Below, one piece after another: positions 26,223 to 36,577 of a DNA stretch of 39,967 bases; position 1 is the stretch's first letter, and each line of letters opens with the position of its first letter. The DNA is from Coprothermobacterota bacterium (GTDB lineage Bacteria > Coprothermobacterota > HKB111). The translations under genes were made by a program, and so were the position numbers. The stretch lies in assembly GCA_037440465.1 (NCBI GenBank), contig JBBIUB010000004.1, positions 1 to 39,967 of the forward strand, read 5' to 3'. The notes beneath the pieces were generated by a model. It saw nothing but the letters and a program-made list of their open reading frames with translations, was not told the DNA's origin and ran no database searches.

Positions 26223-27728
26223 TCAGAAACGTCCCCAATTATTTTTAAGATAGGTTAGGGCTTCGTCTCTGTTATTGATTTTTCCTTCTAATGTTTTTAT
26301 TTTAATATCTCTTATTATGATTGAAAATTTTGGACCAGGAGTTATACCCATCCTTTTAAGGTCTTCAGTGTTCACCAGGTTTTTTAAAAACAGCTTTAAC
26401 TTTTCCATTGCTTCCTCAGTATATAAAGAACTTCTTGCAAGGTAAAGAACAAAAATATATGGCAGGATATTATAAGAAGCCTTTCTGAGGAAAAACTCTT
26501 TTTCCTTTACATTAAAAGATAAAATCCCTCTTACATTCAATCCTTTAATATTGATGTTGAGAGATTGAAGCAGATTGAGTGCTTCATCTTTTTGAAGATA
26601 TGAAAGAAGAAGTAATATTAAAAATTCTTCCCATCTAACCTTTTCTTTTAAGGTGAGTATATCAAAAAGGGTTGCTGTTTTGGCAATTAGCTCTCCGTTA
26701 ACCTCTTTGAGAGATGGACTGATAAGAGATAAAAAATAATACCTGTCAATGAATCTTTTAAGGTAGTGGGGAGAAGAAGCCAGAAGCAACATCAATTCTC
26801 TCCCAAACCTGGGGTCCAGATAGGAAGTGTTGGTTTTAGGAGTCTCTTCAAGAGCTTCGCTTAAAAATATCTCCTCTTTTTCCCCGGGGTTAAACCCAAG
26901 GGTGATGGCATATCTAATCATTCTGAGTATTCTCAGTGGGTCTTCTAAAAATGCGTATGGTCTTACAAGCCTCAATATCCCCTTCTCGAGGTCTTCCAGC
27001 CCACCCCAGATATCTATAAGTCTCTTTTCTCCATCTCTAACACTAAGAGCCATTGAATTTATTGTGAAGTCTCTCCGTAGGAGGTCAAGATATAAAGGAA
27101 CTTGTTGGATATGGAAAACCTTCCCTGGGGGGCTGTAAAACTCAAAACGAGGCTTTGAAAGATCTATCCTTTCGCCATTCTTAAGAATGAGAGAAGCAGT
27201 AAAAAAAGAAGGATAAGTAAAATGTTTAGCCTTGAATCTTTTCTGAAGAATCTTCTGAAAAGTATCAAAACCTTCCATAACTACAAAATCCCACTCTTCA
27301 GGGTTATTTCTGAATCTATGTCCACCATTTCTACCTAAAAGGAGGTCTCTAACACCACCGCCCACCAGGTAGATACTAATCCCTTCTCTTCGGGCAATTT
27401 GAAAGACCTCTTCTGGCAAAGAAGGTATCTCTATATTGATTCTCTTTGAAGGTAGAACGGGTTTCACCTCAAAATAATCGGTATAAATTGAATGATTTAT
27501 ACATCTGGGAATAAGGTCTGACTTGATAATAGTAGGTAGTCTGGAATAGCTGAACTTTAGAGCATTGTTAATACCTAAAAGTTTTAAGGCTTTAACATCA
27601 ACAGGAAAAAGAAACCCCTTTACAACTTCTTCAAGGCTTTGGCTTTTATCGCTTACAAATAGATAAGCTAGGCCTTCATTAAGTTCACTTACGGAGATAA
27701 AGGTCTCAGTAACAACTTTTACTCTCAA
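26223..27728 (-). CDS. Class II tRNA nucleotidyltransferase (CCA/A-adding family)
   Basis: VGGGVRD, RRDFTIN, EDPLRILR, C-terminal G..PGP. Confidence 0.85.
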   Translation of the reverse strand: MRVKVVTETFISVSELNEGLAYLFVSDKSQSLEEVVKGFLFPVDVKALKLLGINNALKFSYSRLPTIIKSDLIPRCINHSIYTDYFEVKPVLPSKRINIEIPSLPEEVFQIARREGISIYLVGGGVRDLLLGRNGGHRFRNNPEEWDFVVMEGFDTFQKILQKRFKAKHFTYPSFFTASLILKNGERIDLSKPRFEFYSPPGKVFHIQQVPLYLDLLRRDFTINSMALSVRDGEKRLIDIWGGLEDLEKGILRLVRPYAFLEDPLRILRMIRYAITLGFNPGEKEEIFLSEALEETPKTNTSYLDPRFGRELMLLLASSPHYLKRFIDRYYFLSLISPSLKEVNGELIAKTATLFDILTLKEKVRWEEFLILLLLSYLQKDEALNLLQSLNINIKGLNVRGILSFNVKEKEFFLRKASYNILPYIFVLYLARSSLYTEEAMEKLKLFLKNLVNTEDLKRMGITPGPKFSIIIRDIKIKTLEGKINNRDEALTYLKNNWGRF

Positions 27729-27752
27729 TTTAGAACCTCTCAGGTTCCTCTA

Positions 27753-29063
27753 TTATCCTTTATCCACCACCTCCAGGATTACCTTAAGAGGTGGAATGGG
27801 TTTATCCACTACTTTATAAGCCTTCTCCAGAATGGGATAAGCATCCCTGAGTTTGTTCTCACTACTTGTGAAAATCTCAAAGACTGGTTCGCCCTTTTCT
27901 ACCTTGTCTCCAACTTTTTTCCTAACAACTATGCCTGCGCCTAAGTCAATATTGTCCCCCTTCTTCCTTCTTCCTGCTCCGAGAATAAGGCTTGCCAAAC
28001 CTATGTCGTGTGCATCTACATCAGCTACAAATCCACTATTCGTTGAAGGTAAAACCTTCCTTATGGGTGCTATGGAGAATAGATTGTAATCATCTATCAC
28101 CTGTGTATCTCCACCCTGGAATAAAACAAGTTCCCTGAATTTATCCAATCCCCTTCCATTACTGAGGGCATTAGCTACCATCTCGCTACCTTCAGATAGA
28201 TCTTTAACCACACCTGACATAAAAAGAAGATAAGAACCAAGAGTAATGATTGTCTCATTAAAATCAGGAGGTCCTTTGCCTTTGAGAGTTTTAATAGCTT
28301 CTATAACTTCAAGACTGTTGCCAACACTACAGCCAAGTGGTTCATCCATTTGAGAAAGAACTGCCACCACTGACCTATCTGCCATTTCCCCAATTTTAAC
28401 CATAAGACGTGAAAGATTTAAGGCGTTCTCCAGGTCTTTCATAAAAGCACCTTTACCTACCTTTACATCCAAAATAATGTGCTTAGCTCCTCCTGCCAAC
28501 TTTTTACTCATTACACTGCTGGCGATAAGTGGAATGGACTCTACCGTAGCAGTTACATCTCTCAAAGCATATAACTTGCCATCAAGAGGTGTCAGCTCTT
28601 TACTCTGACTTACCAAAACACAGCCTACTTTCTTTATTCCTTCATAAATTTCTTCACGTGAAAGGTCAACACGAAAACCTGGAATAGATTCAAGTTTATC
28701 AATGGTACCCCCGCTGTGTCCCAATCCACGTCCTGACATTTTTGCCATCTTAAGACCGAAGTGTGCCATTAGAGGCGCCAGAACCAGTGAAGTCTTATCT
28801 CCTACTCCACCTGTAGAATGTTTATCTAATGTTTTGGTAGAAAAATCAAAGAAGTTAAGGGTTTCTCCTGATTCAGCCATTATCTTTGTTAAATTTGTAG
28901 TTTCTTCTTCAGTCATACTCTGAAAAAAGACAGCCATCAACCATGATGAAACCTGGTAATCAGGAATTTCTCCCTGCATATAGGCGGTAAAAAACTCTTC
29001 CATCTCTTCCCTGGTATGGGTTTTTCCTTCTCTTTTTCTGTATATAAACTCCTGAGGAAGCAT
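27753..29063 (-). CDS. pdp: Pyrimidine-nucleoside phosphorylase (start revised to ATG 29063)
   Basis: DKHSTGGVGDK, SGRGLGHSGGTIDKLE, SKKLA; GGAGGTG SD at 29078-29084. Confidence 0.94.
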   Translation of the reverse strand: MLPQEFIYRKREGKTHTREEMEEFFTAYMQGEIPDYQVSSWLMAVFFQSMTEEETTNLTKIMAESGETLNFFDFSTKTLDKHSTGGVGDKTSLVLAPLMAHFGLKMAKMSGRGLGHSGGTIDKLESIPGFRVDLSREEIYEGIKKVGCVLVSQSKELTPLDGKLYALRDVTATVESIPLIASSVMSKKLAGGAKHIILDVKVGKGAFMKDLENALNLSRLMVKIGEMADRSVVAVLSQMDEPLGCSVGNSLEVIEAIKTLKGKGPPDFNETIITLGSYLLFMSGVVKDLSEGSEMVANALSNGRGLDKFRELVLFQGGDTQVIDDYNLFSIAPIRKVLPSTNSGFVADVDAHDIGLASLILGAGRRKKGDNIDLGAGIVVRKKVGDKVEKGEPVFEIFTSSENKLRDAYPILEKAYKVVDKPIPPLKVILEVVDKG

Positions 29064-29178
29064 AATTTCTAAAAAAACACCTCCAATTCTTTTTTTTAAA
29101 GTATAGCACAGAAGGAAATTAAATACTCCGACAGTGATGTTCATACAGCAGTATAATAACCAGGGAGGTAAATTAATA

Positions 29179-29410
29179 ATGAAGAAAATTAAAGAAGCTA
29201 ACCCCAGACGAATTAGATTCTCTTTATGTGGGAGTAACTAATCTTCTCCCTCAAATGAATTTGATATTGAATAGATTATTATAACCAACTAAATGTATAA
29301 ATACCAATATTACCTATGAAGGTGTCAGCGGGGAAGGACTTTTCAAAACAACAGATAGAGGAAAAAACTCCATTGATACAGGTCTTAAAAATAAACACGA
29401 TATTATAGAA
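29179..29410 (+). pseudogene. Remnant of an Asp-box/BNR beta-propeller gene
   Basis: GGAGG SD plus ATG AAG AAA ATT (20-codon ORF); a downstream frame reads NTNITYEGVSGEGLFKTTDRGKNSIDTGLKN. Confidence 0.55.
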
Positions 29411-29577
29411 GTACAGCCTTACTATTTATATGGTAAAATCCTTTTGGTTCTGGTTTATTCCCTCTTTGTTTTTTTTACAACAAGGGGCCTTGTTATAAAT
29501 ATTTTATTTAAAAGATTTAATTTTCAGTTATTGAAGATATTATTTAAAATGTATTAATAGATGGAGGAAGATAATAT

Positions 29578-31257
29578 ATGACAAATGTACTGGTGATTTT
29601 TGGCGGATTAGCTCTATTTTTATATGGAATGATTCTGATAAGCGCTGGGCTTCAGAAGGTAGTTGGTAACAGGTTGAAACAGACTTTGGAAAACATCACC
29701 AGAGGCAGGTTAAGGGCTGTAGTCACAGGCACTTTAGTTACTGCTATAGTTCAATCCAGTTCAATCGTAACAGTTACTGCTCTGGCTTTTGTGAATGCTG
29801 GCCTTCTAAATCTTTCTCAAGCAGCAGGAGTTATCATGGGTGCAAATATTGGCACCACCATAACTGCTCAAATTGTAGCCTTCAAAGTGGGGATTATCTG
29901 CTTTCCTCTTATAGTTTTCGGTTTTGCTATAAGTACCTTAGCTAAAAAAAGAGAAATAAAATACTTGGGTGAAACTATTCTCGGTTTTGGTATTCTTTTT
30001 TTGGGCATGGACCTGATGAGTAAAGGAGTCAGCCCGCTAAGAAGTAACCCTGAAGCTTTAAGACTTTTATCACAATTTGGAAAAATACCTATTCTGGGGA
30101 TATTAGCTGGTGCTAGCTTCACAGGTATCGTACAGAGTTCATCCGCCACTACCGGTTTGGTGATTGCTATGGGTATAGAAAGAGTTATTGATTTGAAAAC
30201 TGGTATTGGCCTGATTCTGGGTGCTAATATCGGAACCTGCGTCACTGCCCTCCTTGCTTCCCTGGGAGCCACTAAGAACGCTAAAAGGACGGCCTTCTTC
30301 CACTTGTTTTTCAATGTAGTTGGAGTCCTTTATATGATTCCTTTACTGGGAGTATTTACCTCAATGGTGGCTCAGACCTCCTCCAACCTTCCACGCCAGA
30401 TTGCCAATGCCCATACCGTCTTTAATGTTTTTAATACCTTTATCTTTTTCTTCATTTCAGGGGGAGTAATGGATATAATTAGAAGGCTTATCCCAGGAGA
30501 AGAAAAAACGGTTGAAATGGGTGTAAAACATCTTGATAACAGGCTTCTTGGAATACCCACTGTGGCTTTAAGAGAAGCCCATAAAGAGACTGTCAGAATG
30601 ATGAGGTTCACTCTTGACATGTTGGAAACAGTTCAGAAGATAATTTTCTCTCCAGATAAATCATCTTCGCAGATGATGCTCAAAATGGCAATTAATAAAA
30701 AGGAAGAGTTGTTAACACGCTTCCCGCCAATCTACAAGACTGATCTCTTACATTTCTTATTTAATCAAGAGAAAGTTGTTGACCAATTGGAACGCCAGAT
30801 AGAAAAATATCTTATGTCTGTCTCAGAAAAGGATTTAAGTAAACACGATGCCCAAATTATGTCAGGTTTGCTTCATACCCTCACAGATATTGAAAGAATT
30901 GGTGACCACATAAACAACCTGGCTGAAAGTTCACAAAATCTCCGACAAAAAGGATTATATTTTTCTGATAAGGCATCAGCTGAACTGTTAGATATGTTTG
31001 ATTCAGTAATAAATATGTTAAGTATAGGCGTTCAAGCACTCGAGAACTATGATAGAGAAGCAGCCAGAAAAGTCCTTGAAGAAGAACCTAAAATAGATAT
31101 CCTTCAAAGAGAACTCCAAAAAAATCACATAAAGCGATTAGAAGAGGGTGTCTGTAATCCAGAAGCAGGTATTATCTATGTGGATATACTGAGAAACCTT
31201 GAACGGATGGGTGACCATCTGGATAATATTGGGCATACGATTTTAGGAGGGTTCTAA
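29578..31257 (+). CDS. Na+/Pi cotransporter with PhoU-like C-terminal domains
   Basis: Two QSSS and two GANIGT repeats; two ERxGDH PhoU motifs. Confidence 0.93.
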   Translation: MTNVLVIFGGLALFLYGMILISAGLQKVVGNRLKQTLENITRGRLRAVVTGTLVTAIVQSSSIVTVTALAFVNAGLLNLSQAAGVIMGANIGTTITAQIVAFKVGIICFPLIVFGFAISTLAKKREIKYLGETILGFGILFLGMDLMSKGVSPLRSNPEALRLLSQFGKIPILGILAGASFTGIVQSSSATTGLVIAMGIERVIDLKTGIGLILGANIGTCVTALLASLGATKNAKRTAFFHLFFNVVGVLYMIPLLGVFTSMVAQTSSNLPRQIANAHTVFNVFNTFIFFFISGGVMDIIRRLIPGEEKTVEMGVKHLDNRLLGIPTVALREAHKETVRMMRFTLDMLETVQKIIFSPDKSSSQMMLKMAINKKEELLTRFPPIYKTDLLHFLFNQEKVVDQLERQIEKYLMSVSEKDLSKHDAQIMSGLLHTLTDIERIGDHINNLAESSQNLRQKGLYFSDKASAELLDMFDSVINMLSIGVQALENYDREAARKVLEEEPKIDILQRELQKNHIKRLEEGVCNPEAGIIYVDILRNLERMGDHLDNIGHTILGGF

Positions 31258-31273
31258 AAGATTCTGCCCATAC

Positions 31274-31993
31274 TCACTTGAGGTATGGTGGAAGTAACCA
31301 GCGAAGATATCTCGAGAAAAAGTCAATCGCTTGCTCGCTGTGTTCTGTTGCGCTCACAATAAATTTGCCAAGTGTTTCCCCGCCAATAACATAATAACCT
31401 AAAGCTCCACCACCAATGGCAGCCATACCGATAGCCAGTCCACCTACTGCTATCAAACCAATAGATAGTCCACCAAAGGTGAAAAGTCCTAAAGCAACTC
31501 CACCATAGGAAATAAGACCTAAAGATATTCCTCCAAAAGATATCAGACCTACCGCAAGATTGATGCTTAAAGCCACCACACCCATCGCCCTATCACCGAT
31601 GGCAATAATACCCTTCGCCCAGCAAGGTGACTCGTAGGGATCTGTGCAAGGACCTATAGCGATGGACAAAATAGGTAAACCAAAGATTTTCGCATTTGAG
31701 GACCATTTAATCGGTTCTGCTCTCACTACCCCTTCCCAGAAAAATTTCCAGGGTAAAGTCGTAATCATGATAAGAAGAGGTAGGGCGAGAATATAAGGAA
31801 GACCTTTCCCGGTGGAAATAGAAACTAAGAGAATAATAGATGCCACCCAGGTAACAAAACATAAATAAAAAATGTATTTTTTCAAGGCGAATGTTCCTAT
31901 TCTTTTAAGGGCAAAATAAGTAACAATAGTACAATAAATAAGATAGACAGCTATCAGTACACTTAAGAAAATACCCACCAACTCCCGGCTCAT
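31274..31993 (-). CDS. Hypothetical membrane protein with a Gly-rich repeat domain
   Basis: Three N-terminal TM helices; AKGIIAIG followed by ~10-aa GGxxxGL repeats; SD AAGGAGGT. Confidence 0.7.
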   Translation of the reverse strand: MSRELVGIFLSVLIAVYLIYCTIVTYFALKRIGTFALKKYIFYLCFVTWVASIILLVSISTGKGLPYILALPLLIMITTLPWKFFWEGVVRAEPIKWSSNAKIFGLPILSIAIGPCTDPYESPCWAKGIIAIGDRAMGVVALSINLAVGLISFGGISLGLISYGGVALGLFTFGGLSIGLIAVGGLAIGMAAIGGGALGYYVIGGETLGKFIVSATEHSEQAIDFFSRYLRWLLPPYLK

Positions 31994-32051
31994 CGTATTT
32001 TACCTCCTTTAAGAAAATAAGTATTTCCTATACAAATGAAAAAAATGTTTT

Positions 32052-32393
32052 TTACCTTCTTCCGAGAATTGCCAGACTAATTAGCAAGGTGAAAAAGGTA
32101 ATAACTATCGGTTGTGAAAAACTTATTTTGCGTCCACAGTAAAAATCCCAGAAATACTGATAGGTAGTAGCTGGATCGTACTTCCTTCTTAGCCATCTTT
32201 CCAGACTAGATAGCGGGCAATAGACTTTGATAAGACTGGGAAGAAAAGAAGCTATTAGAGTAGGTAAATAAAATGTCCTGACCCAACCCACATAAAATTG
32301 AAGAACACTTCCAACAGTAATAAAAAGTGTTAGGGCAATATGCACCGAGGCTACCAGGGCTACTGATAATTTATAAAAGTTTTTCACGCTCAT
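32052..32393 (-). CDS. DUF2784-like small membrane protein
   Basis: TM with conserved H; CPLSSLERWLR motif. Confidence 0.65.
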   Translation of the reverse strand: MSVKNFYKLSVALVASVHIALTLFITVGSVLQFYVGWVRTFYLPTLIASFLPSLIKVYCPLSSLERWLRRKYDPATTYQYFWDFYCGRKISFSQPIVITFFTLLISLAILGRR

Positions 32394-32413
32394 CTCCTAA
32401 TCATAATAGCACA

Positions 32414-33391
32414 TTATCCCCCTATGCGGTTCATGAAGGTGGGGTCTTCTATGCAGGCTTCCAGAGATTTAATTTTAACAGCTTTAAAGAAGGCTTCTTC
32501 AATAAGTCTATCTCCTTCTTCAATATTTAAAAGTGGCTTCAAATCAACGAATTCTTCATTCATAAGGCAAGGATAAAGTTTCCCATCACTGGTAAGGCGC
32601 AATCTATTACAATTCTGACAGTAATGGTCACTTAAAAGACCAATAAGTCCGACTTTACCACCCCAGGGTGTCGGATAATAGCGAGAAGGTCCGCTTCCGT
32701 CCACCATACATTTTTCCTCATATATCAGTAAACCTTCGTTCATCAGCCTATCTTTCAAATGTTTAAGAAGAGCGAAATGTTGCAACCATATATCTCTGGC
32801 TTCTCCTTTTGGTATAAGTTCAATAAAACGAACAATTATACGAGGATTTTTAGTTAGATTTATAAAGTCCTTAACTTCGTCGTCATTTATACCCTTTAAA
32901 TAAATAATATTTATCTTTACAACATCAAAGCCAGCTTCCAGAGAAGCATTCACACCTTCCAGAACTTCTTCAAGCCTACCACCACGGGTAATTTTAGTAA
33001 ATTTCTGCGGGTTTAGTGAGTTCAAACTGATATTAAGACCATCTATACCTGCTTCCCTGAGTTCTCTAGCGTTCTTTTTAAGTCCTATACCATTAGTGGT
33101 GAGAGAAATCTTCTCCAGACCACCAATAGACCTTGTCATCCTTATAAGATCCATAAAATCCAGGCGAAGAAGTGGTTCCCCTCCGGTAAAGCGTACTTTT
33201 TTAATGCCTATCGGGACTGCCACTTTAATGATTCTAAATGTCTCTTCGTAGCTGAGAATCTGATTATGAGGGATAAAAGGCACACCTTCTTCAGGGATAC
33301 AGTAAAAACAACGGAAATTGCACCTGTCTGTAACCGATACACGCAGATAATTTATATCACGGTTAAAGGAATCTTTTAGAAGCCCAACCAT
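32414..33391 (-). CDS. moaA: GTP 3',8-cyclase
   Basis: YLRVSVTDRCNFRCFYC, TGGEP, CxxCNRLRLT..G...PCL, terminal IGG. Confidence 0.96.
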   Translation of the reverse strand: MVGLLKDSFNRDINYLRVSVTDRCNFRCFYCIPEEGVPFIPHNQILSYEETFRIIKVAVPIGIKKVRFTGGEPLLRLDFMDLIRMTRSIGGLEKISLTTNGIGLKKNARELREAGIDGLNISLNSLNPQKFTKITRGGRLEEVLEGVNASLEAGFDVVKINIIYLKGINDDEVKDFINLTKNPRIIVRFIELIPKGEARDIWLQHFALLKHLKDRLMNEGLLIYEEKCMVDGSGPSRYYPTPWGGKVGLIGLLSDHYCQNCNRLRLTSDGKLYPCLMNEEFVDLKPLLNIEEGDRLIEEAFFKAVKIKSLEACIEDPTFMNRIGG

Positions 33392-33402
33392 TTTTCTATT
33401 TT

Positions 33403-35307
33403 TTAGGAATTGTCCCAGATTATCTTGCCGCTCAGTTCAGTTCTATAACCTCCAAAAGCCTCTACTCTTTTTTTAAACACTTTTGAGCGCATGATTTCGA
33501 GCAGAACCTTGATTCGGTAATCAGATAGAAGATTATAGGGGATTAATAAGTCATACCTTTCTTCGTAAAGGGGAATAAAATCCAGTCCATATATACTTGC
33601 CACAGCCTTTATACCCAGACCAACCTCAGCAAGACCTTCTTTTATCCTTAAAGCAACACCAAAGTGGGTGAATTCTTCGTCTGAGTATCCCTGTACAGAA
33701 ATTGGTTGTATACTCTCTTTTTTAAGAAGGTAATCCAGAAGTATCCTGGTCCCTGCACCACGCTGTCGGTTTACAAATCTTATGCCAGGTTTAAGTAAAT
33801 CTTTTATCTCTCTAATATTAAAAGGGTTACCTTTTTTTACAATGATGCCCTGTTCCCTGAAGACAAGATTTACCAGTATGGCTTTATTTTTCATATTTTT
33901 CAGGAAAGGTATATTATATTCTCCTGTCTCTTCCTCAAGAAGATGAAGTCCACAGACAGCTATGTTGCCCTTCTTGAAACCTTGAAGACCACCGAAACTA
34001 CCGACAGGTATGGATTTAAAGTTCAAGGCAGCGTCTTTTTCTTTAATGAGGTCAGATAGAATCTCCAGGGTTAAATCATGGCTACCAACAGAAATAAGAT
34101 TTCCATCTATCTCTTCAAAAGGCTTTAATAGTTCTACTTCAACATTTTCTCCTTCTTCCAACCCTTCCACTCCCACAGGAATACCCACCCAACCGTCCGC
34201 CTGAGCTAAACTGCTTATAATACTAGCCCCACGTGCCAGTGGATAAGCTATATACTCATCATTAACCCTTCCAAGATATACTCTAAGGTACTCTTTTACC
34301 CCTACCTCTTTAGGTAGTTTAGAATAGAGCTTTGCCCGGATTTTGGGCATTAATGGTTCCTTCAAACCCTGAAGCCTATAAATGAGTGGTTTTAGAAATA
34401 GTTGAGCAGTAAGGTAAGCTGATACAGGATAACCGGGTATATTAATCACTGGCTTGCCATCTACAAAAGCCAGAGCCGTTGGTCTTGCAGGTCTTATGGC
34501 TACACCCTTAACTAAAACATCACCCAAAGACCTCAAGACATCCGGAACAAGGTCTTTAGAACCCTTAGAAGAACCAGCGATAACCAGAAGAACATCTATA
34601 ATAGAGAGGGCTTCTTTAATGGCTTTTCTCAAAGCCTCTTCACGATTTGGCACAACAGGAAATTTCACGGGTATTCCACCCCAAGTAGAAACCAGAGCCT
34701 GAAGCATGGGGGAATTTGAGTCAATCACCTCTCCTGCTATAAATTTTTCTCCTGTATGGGAAACAACTTCATCCCCGGTTGGTAGAATTCCTATCTTGGG
34801 CTTGGAAAAGACAGTGACCTCTTTTACACCACCCTGAGCCAGAAGACCTACTATTTGAGGAGTAATAAGAGTATGAGATGGAATGAGTGTATCTCCCTCA
34901 ACTACATCTTCGCCAGGCTGCCTTACCCCTTCTCCAATAGAAACCGCTTTTCCAATCTCAACTTCATCTTCTTTGTAGTAAAGAAGATTCTCAACAGCTA
35001 TAACAGCATCGGTTCCTAATGGGAGAGGCTCACCTGTATCTATTCTAAAGGCTTCCTTGCCAATGATTAGTTTTATGGGTAATGATTCTTTTGCCCCATA
35101 GGTTAAGACAGATTTTACCGCTATTCCATCTAAGGCTGCCAGAACACAGAAGGGGTTGCTTACACGAGCTTTAACCTCTTTAGAAGTAACTCTATTTAAA
35201 CTATTCTCTATTAGCATAGTTTCTTCTGCGGGTTTATTAGAAATAGCCTTTGACCATATTTCTCTGGCTTCTTCCAGAGATGAAACAAAAGGAAAGGAAC
35301 GACTCAA
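33403..35307 (-). CDS. moeA: MoeA fused to a periplasmic-binding-type (PBP) domain
   Basis: DGIAV, TGEP, PTGDE, PGYPVS; C-domain GSHD, VNRQRGAGTR, ERYDL. Confidence 0.9.
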   Translation of the reverse strand: MSRSFPFVSSLEEAREIWSKAISNKPAEETMLIENSLNRVTSKEVKARVSNPFCVLAALDGIAVKSVLTYGAKESLPIKLIIGKEAFRIDTGEPLPLGTDAVIAVENLLYYKEDEVEIGKAVSIGEGVRQPGEDVVEGDTLIPSHTLITPQIVGLLAQGGVKEVTVFSKPKIGILPTGDEVVSHTGEKFIAGEVIDSNSPMLQALVSTWGGIPVKFPVVPNREEALRKAIKEALSIIDVLLVIAGSSKGSKDLVPDVLRSLGDVLVKGVAIRPARPTALAFVDGKPVINIPGYPVSAYLTAQLFLKPLIYRLQGLKEPLMPKIRAKLYSKLPKEVGVKEYLRVYLGRVNDEYIAYPLARGASIISSLAQADGWVGIPVGVEGLEEGENVEVELLKPFEEIDGNLISVGSHDLTLEILSDLIKEKDAALNFKSIPVGSFGGLQGFKKGNIAVCGLHLLEEETGEYNIPFLKNMKNKAILVNLVFREQGIIVKKGNPFNIREIKDLLKPGIRFVNRQRGAGTRILLDYLLKKESIQPISVQGYSDEEFTHFGVALRIKEGLAEVGLGIKAVASIYGLDFIPLYEERYDLLIPYNLLSDYRIKVLLEIMRSKVFKKRVEAFGGYRTELSGKIIWDNS

Positions 35308-36563
35308 AGTAAAAGCACCTCCACTTCTTCTCCTTCTTCTAAACTTTCTATATTCTCAGCCACATAAACCAGGCCATCAGCCTTTACCAGTGTAGAAATG
35401 AGGCCTGACTCACCCAGAAGTGGATAAGCCATTGTTATACTGTTTTTATGTTTCTTTTTGTATTCATGTTTCAGATTTACTCTAAAATACTCACCAAGCC
35501 CAAGTTTTGAGGGTAGTTTTCTTTTAAGTATTGCTTTTGTAGTAGAAGGTAAGGGTTCACTTTTATAACCACCCAGATAACGAAGAATCGGGAGGGCTAC
35601 AAAGTAAGCGGCCATAAAACAGGAAGCAGGATGTCCTGGCAAGACGATGATAGGAATATTATTCACAACACCAAGTAGTGTAGGTTTTCCTGGTCGGACA
35701 GTTAAACCATGCGAAATAATACCTGGCTCTCCAAGTTCAGAAAGGACTTTAGACATGACATCTCTCAAGCCCTTGGAGGTACCACCGCTGATTACCACTG
35801 CATCATACTGTTTTAGAGTATCCTTAAGTTTGGTCTTAATCTCTGCTTCATCATCAGGTAGTATTCCCCTTAAAAAGGGTAAAAATCCTTTTTCTTGAAA
35901 AATAGCGCATAACATATATGAGTTTAAATCTCTAATACGGGGAGGTTTGGGTAACTTTTCAATAGGCACAATCTCGTCTCCACTACCAAAGACAACAACT
36001 TTTACTTTTTCAAAGACTTCAACTTCTTCTATACCCAAGTAGGCTAAAAGACCTACTTCCTGAGGTCTTATAAGAGTGCCACGAGAGATGACCATTTCAC
36101 CTTGATGATAGTCATCACCTTGAGAAATGACATTTTCTCCTGGAGAAACCGAAGTATATACTTCTACCCATCTTTTTTCATCTCCCTGTTCTTCTACTGC
36201 CTGAGCTTTTTCAATCATCACAACAGCATCAGCTCCGGGTGGAAGCATTGCACCCGTGGGTAAGTAGAAAGATTCACCCTCACTACATTCTGCAGAAGGT
36301 GGTTTATTAATTCTTACCTGACCTTTTAATGTTAAAAGAGAAGGGTTTCGGGGACTGGCCCCCTTTGTATCACTCGCTCTAACAGCATAACCATCCATAG
36401 TACTTCTATTGAAAGAAGGAATGTCTTCTGAGGTGAAATAATCCCTGAAACTTATCCTGCCACCTGCTTTGTTGACAGGTATGTTTTCCCCTTTCACAGG
36501 TGATAGATGTTTAAGAACAAGCTTTAAAGATTCTCTTATGGTAGTCAGATGCAAGAATTCCAT
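35304..36563 (-). CDS. moeA: Molybdopterin metal insertase MoeA
   Basis: STMDGYAV, TGAMLP.GADAVVM, SGGTS, PGKP, LPGHP. Confidence 0.94.
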   Translation of the reverse strand: MEFLHLTTIRESLKLVLKHLSPVKGENIPVNKAGGRISFRDYFTSEDIPSFNRSTMDGYAVRASDTKGASPRNPSLLTLKGQVRINKPPSAECSEGESFYLPTGAMLPPGADAVVMIEKAQAVEEQGDEKRWVEVYTSVSPGENVISQGDDYHQGEMVISRGTLIRPQEVGLLAYLGIEEVEVFEKVKVVVFGSGDEIVPIEKLPKPPRIRDLNSYMLCAIFQEKGFLPFLRGILPDDEAEIKTKLKDTLKQYDAVVISGGTSKGLRDVMSKVLSELGEPGIISHGLTVRPGKPTLLGVVNNIPIIVLPGHPASCFMAAYFVALPILRYLGGYKSEPLPSTTKAILKRKLPSKLGLGEYFRVNLKHEYKKKHKNSITMAYPLLGESGLISTLVKADGLVYVAENIESLEEGEEVEVLLL

Positions 36564-36577
36564 AATGAATATTTAGT

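Noticed and set aside
29064..29144. N-terminal extension of pdp in the ORF track
   Set aside because: Spans the SD and promoter; family similarity begins at MLPQEF
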